Shown here: piece by piece, positions 27,451-40,837 of the stretch
Layout: every line of letters begins with the position of its first letter
Numbering within the stretch: position 1 is the first letter of the stretch
NCBI RefSeq assembly: GCF_009914755.1
Contig: NC_060927.1
Source: the human T2T-CHM13v2.0 reference genome, Homo sapiens
Reading direction: 5' to 3' (one strand)
Length of the DNA: 64,000 nt
Translations under genes and position numbers: made by a program
The notes under the pieces: generated by a model
Databases searched by the model: none
Told to the model about the DNA's origin: nothing
What the model saw: only the letters and a program-made list of their open reading frames with translations

Positions 27451-28370
27451 TTTTGGTACCAGAAGTGGTTCTAGAGGAACAGAATATTGAGGATGGAATT
27501 CTTCCGTTGGTTTTGAGGATTCTGGAGTTGGTTGCTTAATATGATTAGACTCCAAAATTCTAAGGACTCTACTTCTAATAGTATGGAGAACACTGACAGT
27601 CCTTGGCATAAACTGTTTACAGAACTATGCAAAATAAATGTATTTGACACTCCTGATTCACTGCTCATGAGAGGCATGAGTTTAGTGACCAAGGAACATA
27701 ATGAAGTTGGTTGGTTTTTTCTAAGTTCACTGGACAAAGTGATGAAACAAAAGGATGAACTCAAGGATTCTAACTCCCAGCTTCAGAAGCAGATACTGAG
27801 CCTCAAATCTTCTAAGATTGCCGTGAGTGAGAGTCTTGTCTCCTACAGAGAAAGAGCTGAAATTGTGGAAAATCAAACACAAGCTCTTATCATGCAAGCG
27901 GCTGACCTACAATGAAAGGTTCATGCACAGCCTCACCAGGTGTCTACTGTTAAAATGAGGACACTGGTTGGAAAAGAATGGGACCCTGCAACTTAGAATG
28001 GGGACTTGTGGGAGGACCCTGATGAAGCTGGGGACAATGCATTTGTAAACTCAGATGTACCTTTTTTGCCAGAAGAAGCAGCTTCCCCATTCCCAGTAGT
28101 GGCAACATCCCCTTCCTGATCGATGCTGCCTAAAGCCTTTCCACTTTTGTCTAAGGAGAAAAACCCTGTGCTGCCTGAAGAAACAGTCATGGCCTCACCT
28201 GAGGCAGTTGCCAGGCAAAGCAATGTTGGTTCTCCTCAGGACCCACCCCCAACACCTCTGTTTGCTTCTAGACCTATAACTCGGCTAAGGCCCCAGCAGG
28301 CCCCTAGAGGTGAGGTTCAGAGTGTGACCCATGAGGAGGTGCACTACACTGGAAAAGAACTACTTGAGCT

Positions 28371-28434
<64 letters not shown>

Positions 28435-29160
28435 ACTTTGAGTTTGAAGGTTCTTAAAGTATAATAAAATATATATATATAAATTTATATAAGCAGAAAT
28501 CTGGAAAACAGGTGGATGTTAGGGGTGTGGGATAATGGTGGAAAGAATATAGAGTTGTATCAGGCTGAATTTATTGATTTTGGGCAATTGAGCAGGAATT
28601 CTGCATTTAATGTTGCAGCTTGGGGAGTTAAAAATGGTTGTAATAGTTTATTTGCCTGGTTAGCTGAAATATGGATTAAAAGATAGCCCACTGTGAGCAA
28701 GCTGAAAATGCCTGATCTCTCTTGGTTTAATGTAGAGGAAGGGATCCAAAGACTTAGGGAGACTGGGATGGCAGAGTGGATTAGTCACTTTAGACTTGCT
28801 CATCCCGGCTGGGAAGGTCCAGAAGATATATCCTTGCCCAGTGCTTTGTGTAATAGATTGGTGAGGCCAGCACCTGCATTTTTTAAGAGCCCTGTAATTT
28901 CTCTTATCTGTATGTCAGATCTAACAGCGAGAAGCGCAGTCACTCAACTATAAAATTTAAATACAATGGGAGTAATTGCATCTTGAGGTGGCAAGGGCCA
29001 GTGGCGGCACTCAACTGTCAAAGGCAAGGTGGACATAGCTACCGTAATGGACATCAAAGGCAAAACAGCAATCAGAACTGTCTGATTCATGTAGAGCTCT
29101 GGCATTGGCCAATTAATCACGGTGTTCCTGGAAGTAAAATTGACAGGAAGCCTTCTGCAT
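27451..29160 (+). pseudogene. HERV-L internal region: gag pseudogene, 3'-truncated
   Basis: ORFs 27532-27915, 28123-28464 and 28693-28953 share one frame and give HERV-L Gag-like peptides (WHKLFTELCKINVFDTPDS, QDPPPTPLFASRPITRL, WFNVEEGIQRLRETGMAEWI); in-frame stops; ends at aggaagccttctgcat. Confidence 0.88.
28370..28481. repeat. (TA)n-flanked insertion with imperfect inverted repeat inside gag
   Basis: Interrupts cttgag...aatttatataagcagaaatctgg. Confidence 0.85.
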
Positions 29161-30239
29161 AAGAGAATCAAGCAGCAGAAGTCGAAGTGGCTCTTCTTAT
29201 TATGAAAACAGGCTCAATAACAGTTATTGCTTCTCATCTCCTCCATTTTTATCTCTGCTTTTGTGGAAGTGCTGCTTCCAAGAGAGGTATGTTCTCACCT
29301 AAGAAACAGCTGCAGTTCCATTAAATTGCTACTTAAAACTGTCACGTGGCCTTTTTTTGCACTCTATACTATGGAACCAACAGTTAAATAAAGGGGGATA
29401 CTCTGCTCACTGGGGCAACTGATTCAGACTACCGAGAGGAAAGTTGGTTGCTACTATAAAATGAGGACAGGAAAGGTTATGTATGAAACCCAGAGAATTA
29501 TCTGAGGCATCTTATAGTCTTCTCTGTATTACAATATAAGTGAATAGGAAAATACAGCAATCTAAAAAAGAGTAACCACTCAGGCTTCAGATCTTTCAAT
29601 ATTGAAGGATTGAAGGTACTATACTAAGAAAAGGAGCATGACCTGAGCAATTGAAGGCAATGAAAGCATGGACGGAGTTCTGGAAAAAAAAGAGGTTATA
29701 GATATTAACTATGGCCTAAAGCCTATGGCTTAAGGGCAAAGAAAAGTGGAATAAATCATGTAAGATAGAAAAGTTATAAATATCAGCTATGCCCTCAAGA
29801 CCAGTTTAAGAAATAATTTATGCTTTATATATTTATATATTTTCTTCCTCATTTGTTGTGTGTTTGTCATTTTTTCCCTTTCATCCCTACTTATTATTTT
29901 ATTCAAATTTTATAGAAGGTCACATTAGTCATTCAGTAAAAATTTTACTTCCCAGGTAACAGTACTTATAATTCAGGGAATAGAATATATAGACATGACT
30001 GTGACTGAATTTGAGGGTGAATTAACATAGATCAGAGAGAGAAAATGTGACAGTCTTCCAGAGTCAGATACAATGATGGTTAGAATTTTACATGATTTTT
30101 TCAGCAGAGTGTAAGAACATCTTCACTTGAATGAAAGTTAGTAGCATCTTATTAAGGGTAAACATAGATTTTTGTTGTTGTATGGAAGTTAAAATATGTA
30201 CAGAAGAGCATGTGTGAAAGCTGAGTGCCCAAAAGAGAG
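29161..30239 (+). mobile_element. Ancient ERV-L internal 3' part (post-integrase region and dUTPase relic)
   Basis: gttccattaaattg...aaccaacag...ctggggcaactgattcagactaccgagaggaaa resembles ERV-L dUTPase coding sequence; purine-rich segment before the 3' LTR. Confidence 0.65.
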
Positions 30240-30935
30240 TGTGACAGTTAATAAGGTTTTGTCTCTCAGAGCCAAACCCATGATCTGCTTTTTGATACTG
30301 GAGCTGGGATTCTAAAACTATATATCTATTTTGACAGCTGACTCCCTGTTGGTCTCTGTCTGTACAGGGTGTTAGAGAAGGAGAGAAAGGCAATAGTAGA
30401 AAGATGCAGCTTTTCCCTTATTGGTGGCTTTCTATCTACTTCTTGGTTCTGTGAGCATTGCCCTAGCAATGTTTAACCCAAGAGGCTGCAGTTTCTCTTT
30501 GCAGCAAGATGGTGAATGAAGTTTGCAGGATTTTTTTCAGCATATGCAATACCAGGCAGATTGTGTCCCATTCTAAAACACCAATTCCAGAGGCTCAAGC
30601 TCCCATCTTAAAGATCTGGCTACCAGATCATTAAGTTTCCTCCTCCAAGGTCAAAAACTTTAGCACAAGTTGTCCAACACCTCTTTCTTAACAGCCAGTC
30701 TCAAAAAGCCCTTTCCTTTGGAGGCCACTTGTCAAAGCCTCTAAATCTCAATAATTTGAAATTCTTCCTTGTATTCTCCAGCTATAGGAGAGGTGGAAGT
30801 TTCATTTTAAGAATAATAAATTTGTTATGCTCTTATTGCCTTTAAGTCACCTAGGTAAAAATTCTCTACACTAATTTCTCTCTATCCATATAACTGGTGA
30901 GGTTTCTGCCTTTTGGCTGAATCTTGATTTATACA
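30240..30935 (+). mobile_element. 3' LTR of ancient ERV-L provirus (LTR41-like)
   Basis: tgtgacagttaataaggttttgtctctcagagccaa...gatactggagctgggattct...taactggtgaggtttctg...tataca. Confidence 0.75.
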
Positions 30936-31204
30936 GCTATCCATTGATTGATACTTTCCATTCATTCGGTTGAAGTTCCCATAAGGAAGAATTTATTTTG
31001 CCTAAAATATATTTTTAATTCTGGCACCATACATTTTGACTGATCTTGGATGAGGGGCCAACTTCCAAGCAAATCAAATATAAAAAAAGAGTAATGCAGT
31101 AAAAGTAACCTAATAAAATTCATTACCACCTAAGGCCTGTAGCCAGAGCATTTCCCAAGAAGCTAGAGGCATGTTGGGAACTGTGATTTGCAAGTCTAGA
31201 ATAA

Positions 31205-31300
31205 AGTATTGCTTCCTCACTTGTAGTGAAAATTGGGATATTAAATGAGATGGTGTATGTACAAGTGCCTTGTACAGTACCTGGTGTGTATTTAGTGTAT
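31205..31300 (+). mobile_element. MIR fragment
   Basis: cttcctcacttgta...attaaatgagatggtgtatgtacaagtgccttgtacagtacctgg. Confidence 0.65.
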
Positions 31301-31344
31301 TAGTTTTGTATTCTTTAAACTTTTAGGTTTTTTTTCACTGTCTA

Positions 31345-31346
<2 letters not shown>

Positions 31347-31380
<34 letters not shown>
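31347..31380. repeat. (CA)n microsatellite
   Basis: Directly visible. Confidence 0.98.
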
Positions 31381-31381
<1 letters not shown>

Positions 31382-31382
<1 letters not shown>

Positions 31383-31676
31383 TTTAGAGCCAGAGTCTCA
31401 CTCCATTGCCCAGGCTGGAATATAGTGGCATGATCATAACTCTTTGCAACCTCCAACCGCTGGATTCAAACAATCCTCCTGCTCAAGCCTCCCAAGTAGC
31501 TAAGACCACAGGTGTATGCTGTCATGCCTAGCTAATTTTTGTATTTATTGTAGAGATGGGGTCTCCTTATGTTGTCCAGGCTGGCCTTGAATTCCTAGCC
31601 TCAAGTGATCTTCCCACCTCTACCTCCCAAAGTGCAAAGTGTTGAGATTACAGGTGCAAAGCCACCATGCCTAACC
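31382..31676 (-). mobile_element. AluJ
   Basis: Diverged full-length Alu on the reverse strand. Confidence 0.9.
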
Positions 31677-34243
31677 CATACATTCTTCTAATATATATAT
31701 GTTTAGCCAGCATAGAAAAAATATCAAAGAGCAAAGCATCTGTGTTTCCTGTTATCTGGTGGCTCTTGGATGGCATGTGTCCTCTGCAGAGCTGATCTAA
31801 ATGTTTATTACATTCTTTCTAGATTAGGTACTAGTGCCTCCTAGGTAAATTTCAAACTATTTGCTTATCTATCATATCTATAAACATTAGTTTTATCCTG
31901 ATGCTCCTGAGTTTCAAATGTGAAAATGGGATGACCTTTTATTATATCCTGACTATGTTATAAGATGTTCAGTTCTTTAATATTGGGGTCAAAAGCACTG
32001 GAATTCACTTTAACAATTTAGATGACTTGAAAAAAAAACACCTTGCTAAAACTCTCTATGCACATTGTTTCAAGGAATGAGAAGTCTTGGCAAGTTTGGA
32101 AGCCACTCATTTCTGTGCCACTGCCTTTCTTCTGAATGGACAGTTTGCAGTTCATTTCAGATATATTGAGTTCAGTAATTCTACAGCAGTGAAAAGATAA
32201 GGAAATGGGATAGCAAGTTTTAATTTCTTTGTCAGTGGAGTCTAATAATTTCTAGAGATTAGCCTTTATCGGATTTCAGTCTTAGTTTTGCTTGTTAGAC
32301 TTACATAGTGCTTTTTCTTCTAAGAACACAGAGCTCTGTGCAAAGGCTTTGGAAATCATAACATTTAATATAATAGAAGTGAAAAAACACAAAAATAAAA
32401 ATGAGAAGGTGGTGTGTAGGCAGTAGGGTTAGGATAAAACAGTAAGAAAACTAGGAAACAGCAAATTTGCAAATTCTCAGGCAATGATGCTTGTGCCAAG
32501 TCTTTGAAAGATAATAGAAGTACTAATCTGTAAGTCTCCACAGTAAGGAGAAAAATGGATAAAGACTGTTAAATTGGTCATGCTTTACTATCTAGTTCTT
32601 TATTTTACACCATTATAAATAAAACTTGATGTGGAACAGCTTAACTAGCAAGTATATCTGCAACTGTAGACTCTTGAAGGTTTCAAGCTGCTAAATGGCA
32701 GAAAAAATTCAGGATTTGACCTCTTTCCGTTTATGCTCTTATCACTTTCTCCCTCTCTCTCTTTCTCTCTCTTTTATTATGTTCTTTCATCCTCAGAAAA
32801 TCCATGTGAATGTCAAGGAGAGATGGGAAAGCAATAGGGCAGTAAGACCAGTTGATGCAATTCCTTTTTAGTAATTATGTCTAAGGAGTATAAATTGGGA
32901 GCATGTACCAGATTTCAAAATAATTAAATCTTATGCAAGTGCTGTGTAGAAGAAATATTACTGTCATTTAGTAGATTTTATCCTAAAAATTTTCACTATT
33001 TCTAACAAACTCTATACAAGTTATTGATAAGAGTATTAACCAATATGTAAATTTAATGTACATCATCAATGAGAAAATTTAATTCCTCATTTTATGTAAC
33101 CACTCTTTTAATTAATTTTCAGAATATTTGCCCATATATCAGAGTAGAATACTAATGATTATTAAGTGTCCCTCAAAGTCAGTGTTTTAGGTCTTTGATA
33201 AAATTATCTCATTTATTCTTCATTGAAACCCTGTGCATACTTCTACTTCTGGAAAGAAATAGTAGAAGTACTTTTTCATATTTCTCCAGCGAGATATAAT
33301 TAAAAACTCTGACCATTATATAAAAAATAGACATAAGGCTCTGAAAGGTGAAGAAAAGGAGGTAGACTAATTAAGAGCCTTGAGACCCAAGGAATAACAT
33401 GGCAAGTTATTGGTTTTTTTTTTTACTAATTTTCCCAGATTTAGTGATAGAGAAGCTAGCAAACCAGAAATGCCAATTGCAGATGAAAAGAAACAAATAA
33501 ATACTTGCTCTCATTAGCCAAGTGACCAGTCAAAGAAAGGTGCCTAACAAGACAAATATTTTAGACAAAAGAAAACCCCTCTATTCTAACCAAACACACA
33601 GATAAAAAGCATAATACCAGCTCCACCTCCAGCAGCAAAGACTTGGAGTACCAATTGGAGTACTTAGGGTAACAATCCCACCTGGCTGTAAGGAATTACC
33701 CCAACACCGCTGCTAAAGTTATAACAAAGAAGGTGTTTTATCTGCCCCACTCCCACCAGTAGTGTGAATGCACACCAGAGGAGGAGCCTGCACTTCCAGC
33801 CTTACCCTCTGAAAACGAGGTGCCTTACCCTTCCACTGGGGTGGCACCAGTAGAGGCCTAACAGAGAGATAAGGCTTTCACAACCACTCAACAGTGCGGA
33901 GCTTTCCTCTCCCAGCAGTGTCACTGAAAGCCATGTGGAGAAAGGTAACAAGAGTCCTGCCCCTCCCAACTAGGTTGGTTTCAGCAGAGGCAGACCAGGA
34001 ACTGGAAATTCCATCCCTACTCAATAGTAATGAGAAGCCCTTTCTTCAATCCTGGGTATCATTGGAGGTCAAGAGGGAAATCTGGGTTTCTATGCATCTG
34101 CTTGGCAGTAATGAGACAGTAACTCTCCACATCCCCTTCTAAAGTGATGTCAGAAGACACTGGCTAAACTGAATAAAGAAAAATAAATAAGATCTAGAGT
34201 CTTATAATAAAACAAACGGTCATTTTTTTCAATTGAAAATCAC

Positions 34244-34798
34244 TTTTTATTTTATTTTATTTTACTTTAAGTTCTGGGATACATGCGCTGAACATGCAGG
34301 TTTGTTACATACGTGTACATCTGCCATGTGGTTTGCTGCACCTATCAACCTGTCATCTAGGTTTTAAGCCCCACATGCATTAGGTATTTGTCCTAATACT
34401 CTCCCTCCCCTTGTCCCCCACCCCCTGACAGGCCCCGTTCTGTGATGTTCCTCTCCCTGAGTCCATGTCTTCTTACTGTTCAACTCCCACTTATGAGTGA
34501 GAACATGTGGTGTTTGGTTTTCTGTTCCTGTGTTAGTTTGCTAAGGATGATGGTTTCCAGCTTCAACCATGTCCCTGCAAAGGACATGAGCACATTCTTT
34601 TTTTACGGCTGCACGGTATTCCATGGTGTATATGTGTCACAATTTCTTTATTCAGTCTATCATTGATGGGCATTTGGGTTGGTTCTAACTCTTTGCTATT
34701 GTAAATAGTGGTGCAATAAACATACGTGTGCATGTATCTTTACAGAAGAATGATTTATAATCCTTTGGGTATATACTCAGTAATGGGATTGCTGGGTC
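34244..34798 (-). mobile_element. L1PA8-like 3' fragment
   Basis: ttactttaagttctgggatacatg...ctaggttttaagccccacatgcattagg...gggattgctgggtc. Confidence 0.9.
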
Positions 34799-36740
34799 TT
34801 TTAATATAAAGAAGTGGGAAAATTTTAGATTGAATGAAAAAAGGCAATCAATAGATACCAACACCATATGACAAATATGACAATTATCTGACAAGGATTG
34901 TAAAGCAGACATCAAACAAACGTTTCAATAGACAACTACAAGCAAGCTTAAAACTAATTTAAGAAATAGAACATGTCTTCCATGAAATAGAAAATATGAG
35001 CAAAGAAAAAGTAAATATGCAAAACCAAATATAAATTTTGTGACTAAAAATGTAGTAACAAAAAACAAGTAAGAAAAAGAAAAGAACTCACTGGGTAGGC
35101 TTAAAACAGAATGGAGGCGACAGAGGAAAGAATCAATGAACTTGAAGATAAAACAATAGAAATCATCTAATCTTAACCACAAAAGAAAATGAACTGAAAT
35201 GAAAATGAACAGAACCTCAAAAACTTATGGGACAATTTAAAAATATATGGCAATTAATATGATCACAACCCATAAGGAGAGGAGAAAGGAAGTGTGGCTG
35301 AAAATGTTTTCAAAGAAATAATGACTCATAATTTTGCAAAAGATGCAAGCCCACAGATTCAAAAAGCTGAGCAAAACCCAGACAATACAAGCCTAAAGAA
35401 ATCTGCCAAAACACACATAATCAAACTTCTGAATATTAAAGATAATAAGAAAAGTAAAAAGCAGTAAGTAAAGATAATAAAAAGTGGCCAAATTAGAAAG
35501 GAAGAAATAAAATGATTTCTATGTACAGATAGCACAATGATCTTTGTAAAAAAAGTGGCCAAAATATCTACAAAAAAAAAAAAAAATCCTATAACTAGTC
35601 TAGTAAGTTTTCAGTATACAAGTTAAATATGTTAAAAATATAATTTCTGTATACTAGCAGTGAATACATACACAAAAGAATTAAATATATGACACTATTT
35701 AGAAACACTCAAAAAGAGAAATATTTAGATGTAAATAAAACAAAACGCACACAAGACTTTTTTTACTGAAAACTACAAAATTCTAATATAAGAAATCAAA
35801 GAAGATATAAAAAAGGGAATAGTTATGCTATGTACATGGATTGAAAGACTAAATGTAATAAAGATGAAAATTCTCCTTAAATTGTTATACATGTTTAACA
35901 CAATTCTTTTCAATATCCCAGCAAGATTATCTTACAGATATAGGCAGGATTATTCTTAAAGTTATATTTCAAGGCAGTGGAACTAGAATACCTAAAACAA
36001 TTTTGATAAAAGGATAAGAAAATGGGAAAAATTACTTTACCTGATATGAAGACTTATTATATAACTGCAGTAATCAAGGCTGCATGGTATTGGTGGAGAG
36101 AAAACTCATAGATCAATAGAGCAGGATAGAGAACCCAGAATTATCTTTGTGACAGCATAACTAATGGGGTTTTTTTAAGGTCCAAAAATAATTAAGTGAA
36201 GGAAAAAAATAGTATTTTCAACAATTGGAGATGGAAATATTAGACATGCACAAACCAGAAACCTTGATCTATTTATATCTTATACAAAAATAAGATGGAT
36301 TAGATATTTAAATATAAAAAGTGAAAATTATGACTATTTAGAAGAAAACACACAAAAGCATCCTTGGCACATAGAAGTTGATGATGTATTCTTAAACATA
36401 ACATAAAATACATGATCCATAAATAAAAAATCAATAAATATAATTTCATCAAAATTAAAATATTTTGTCTGTTATACCCCATCAAGAGGATATAAAGAAA
36501 AATTACACACTGGAAGAAAATGTCAGTAAACTAAATATCTGATAAAGAACTCATATATAGACTATATAAGCAACTCTCAAAATTCAACTGTTAAAGCCTA
36601 ACTAGAAAATAAACAAATACATGAAACAGGAAGAGACATTTTACCAAAGGTAACACACAAATAGCAAATGAGCGCATTTGTTCAACATCACTAGCTAGTG
36701 GGAAAATGCAAATGAAGACTAATGTAAAATATTATTACTT

Positions 36741-37286
36741 TGTCAGGAGATCCAAAAAAGCACCACCAGGTTGCCGATTCACTAGGAGGACTCACAGGAC
36801 TTAGCATATTGTCATACCAATGGCCATCATTTATTATAGTGAAATAATGCAAAGCAAAATTAGCAAAGGGAAACTGCATAGAGAGAATTCCGGTAGAAAT
36901 GAGGCAGAAATTGCCAACATTTCTCTCCCAGTATAGTCACACAGGACACACTTTCTCCAACAATAAGTTGTAACAACAAATATGAAATGTTGTCTATCAA
37001 GGAAGCTCATTAAACTCATTTCTCAGGATTTTTACTGGGGGATGGTCATGTAGGCACTCACTGACTAACATATATCAAAATCCCAGACTCCCAGAATGAA
37101 CACAGATGCTCAACATAAACCAAATTTTTGTACAAACAGTTTAAGTACAGGTAAGCCATTTTTATCAGAGAATCGTGGAGACCCTTTCAAAATCCACGTT
37201 TCAAGATGCCAACCAAGAGCCAGCCTTGCAAGCAGGCCCCTTTAAGGTTAGCAATCTCAGATTTGCTATGTTAACCCCTCTGCACA
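36741..37286 (-). mobile_element. MER68-like solo LTR (ERVL; MER21/68/77 group)
   Basis: tgtcaggagatcc...actaggaggactcacaggacttagc...gctatgttaacccctctgcaca. Confidence 0.7.
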
Positions 37287-37290
37287 ACCG

Positions 37291-37795
<505 letters not shown>

Positions 37796-38859
37796 TTACC
37801 AGCAATAGTATTTCTGGGTATTTATTACAGAGACATGAAAGCTTAGGTCTATACAAAAATGTACACAAGTGTTCATGGCAACTTCATTTGCAACAGTTCA
37901 AAACTGGAATCAAAATCTCCTTCAATGGGTGAATAATTATATAGTGTTGCATGTACACAATGGAATTCAGCTCAGCAATAAAAAAGAATTAATTATTAAT
38001 ACTTGAAAAAACTTGGACAGATCACAAAGATATTACACTGAGTGAAAAAACACAATCTCAAAGGTTGCAAAGCATATAATTCCGTTTATGAAACATTTTC
38101 AAAATGAAAAAAATATGAAGATATAGAACATATTAGTAGGAGTAATGGATGTAGGGCAGGAAGAGAGTAGGATTGATTATAACAAGGTAGCACAAAGGAC
38201 ATCTTTGATGTGATTAAATAACTCTGTACCTTAACTATGACTTATATGAATCTACGTATATGATAAAATGACATCTAACTACAAAATCAATTTCCCAGCT
38301 TTGATTTTGTATTATGGCATGCAAGATGTAACCAATGTAAGAGAACAATGTGAAAGCTATGTAAGGCCTCTCTACTATCCTTGCAGCTTCCTTCAAGTGT
38401 ATAATTATTCCAAAAATGTAAAGGTAAAAACTATGAATCAATAAGTACTCTCATTATTTTATACATGAGACTATAGTACTCTCTGCCTTGATGAATTTCT
38501 TAAATTGCATGCTTAAACAAGTGTGCCAACTAGCTTATATTTCAAATAAAATATCAATCTATTTTATTTCCAAAATGTATGTCAATGGGTTATTCTATAA
38601 ATAAGAAATAATAAATTTTCAGAATAAAGAGGAAGAATACACATAATAATTGCTCATCAGTTAAGTGAAATCTATAAAGTGGGTACAATTGATCTATATG
38701 TACAGAAGTCCCAATTGTACCTACTTTTTTAATGTGTCTTGATCCTATATTACACAGTAAGCAGTATAGTAGGATTATATATATATATACACACACATAT
38801 ATAAAATAAAATAAAATAAGATAAAATGTCCTACTATATGTATTGTAAATATATATATA

Positions 38860-38970
38860 TAGACTTAATCCTCAAAACAACAAAAATCCTTGAAAAGTAG
38901 ATATCATCATCTTCATATACAAAGGAGACCATGATGTTTTAGAGATGTTAAATAACTCACCCAGGACAGC
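38860..38970 (-). mobile_element. MIR fragment
   Basis: cttaatcctcaaaacaac...agagatgttaaataactcacccagg. Confidence 0.6.
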
Positions 38971-39694
38971 AGAAAAGGTTTTTTGTGGCTTTCTTTTCCC
39001 ACAAAAGTGATTACTTTCTTTTCCCAAATGAATATATACTTCCATGTGTAAGTTTTAAAAAACTTAAAGTATCAAGATCTATACATATTACTGTTTACAA
39101 ATCACTTAAAACCAAACATATTTGAAATCTGTTATCTTCATAGGTATATTGTTGTTTTTCCTTCAACTTCATTTTGGAACCTAAAAAACTATTTCAAGAA
39201 AGGATTTCTACATTTATGAGGCATTATCTGCAATAATTAAAAATTAAAATATATTTTAATTAAGAATACTTAAATAATGATACATACAATAAATGATTCA
39301 TCATGTATGGCCACATGGAAAATGCAGGAATATAATGCTAACTTAAGCAACAAAAGTTTGCAATATGATAATACTTAGGATAATATATGCGCACATATGA
39401 ATAAGAACTGAAAATGTTTCATTAAAATTTTTGAATAATAGCCTTTTCTTCAAAGTTTTATTTTAATGTTATTATATTATTTTCTTAATAGTTTCCAAAA
39501 CTAAAGGCCATTAGAAAGTTTCATCAGCTTAGTTATTTGATGGCATTTAATTGTAGAGAGAAGAATTGGTAGAGGGTAAAATCTGTTTAGTCTTACAGGT
39601 ACACTTTTGTGTTCTATACACTGCTAGTATTCAAAATTTAAAAATCACTATAATTTAGAAATCTGGGGGATAACACTGCAAATAAACATTTACA

Positions 39695-39772
39695 ATGTTG
39701 AATAATATATATAATTCTGTATTTATTGAACAGATGGTGAATAATATTTATAATTCTGTATTTATTGAACAG
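39695..39772. repeat. 39-bp tandem duplication
   Basis: atg(t/g)tgaataatat(a/t)tataattctgtatttattgaacag, two copies. Confidence 0.95.
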
Positions 39773-40837
39773 ACTATAATGTATACCACAAACACTTTTT
39801 GGAATCAAAAAGGAAAGATAGCTAATGAAATGTCTGAGTTATGTATAATGAAGTTAAAGAGCGCTCTAGTTTTAGAAATTTTTTTTTCATTCTGAAAAGA
39901 TTCTGAAGTTACACAACCACTCTAGAATAGACTCCATAAATTTTTACACCATGTATCTCATTTTATTTTTTTCTTTCCTAATATCTCATCTTACTGTTTT
40001 GTCCCCTAACTTTGGTTTTCTATCTTCATATTTAAGAGGATTTGGTTTAGAAAAAAAGAGTAGAAGGTAAGAAAAATAAATTATATTTTTTCTTTTTTCT
40101 TCACTCCATTATCCACCACCTTACTCCGTATGGTATAGACTCATATTTCATATGTAAATTTTTAGACTAAAAAGTGAAAAATTTTTTTTTCTTGGGCAGA
40201 GGTTAAATTACATTTCTAGAACATTGCTGAAGAATACTGATATTAATAATAATGAGGTTCAGAAATAGTTTACTAAATTGTACAGTGTTCCACAAATTTT
40301 AAATAAGTATCTCTCATGATCTTCACAACCAGAGAAATGTTGTTCAAATGTATTATATAATATAAATAGCAAAGTCTATAAAAAGTTTCTAATTACATAA
40401 GTTTTTGAAGTCTGAAAGACTTCCTAGAAAAAAAAAGTTGTGATTTTTATATTTTACCAGTTTCTGAGTTTATTTTGATCTTATGTGGAGATTTTCTCAG
40501 GAAAACATAGATTTTTTTTTAAAAGTGTTGTCTCAAGGGTAAAAATACAGAACATATATTTAAACTTTGAACTTATACTGGCATACTAAGAGGGCATAAA
40601 TCAGAACTGATGGGAGAGGAGAAAAGATTTTATTTCAACAGGCAAAATTCCATCCTTTGTTGAGAAAATGTATTGACTATGAACAAATTTATTTCACAAA
40701 ACTTAACCCTTTCTCTTGCTACTGCGCTTAACACTAGAAAATAAAATTATGCTTGATTAATAAAAAAGTAGCAAACATGAAATCTATAGTTTATGTATAA
40801 AGCCTTATTTTTATTACACCATCATTTCCATCAGATG

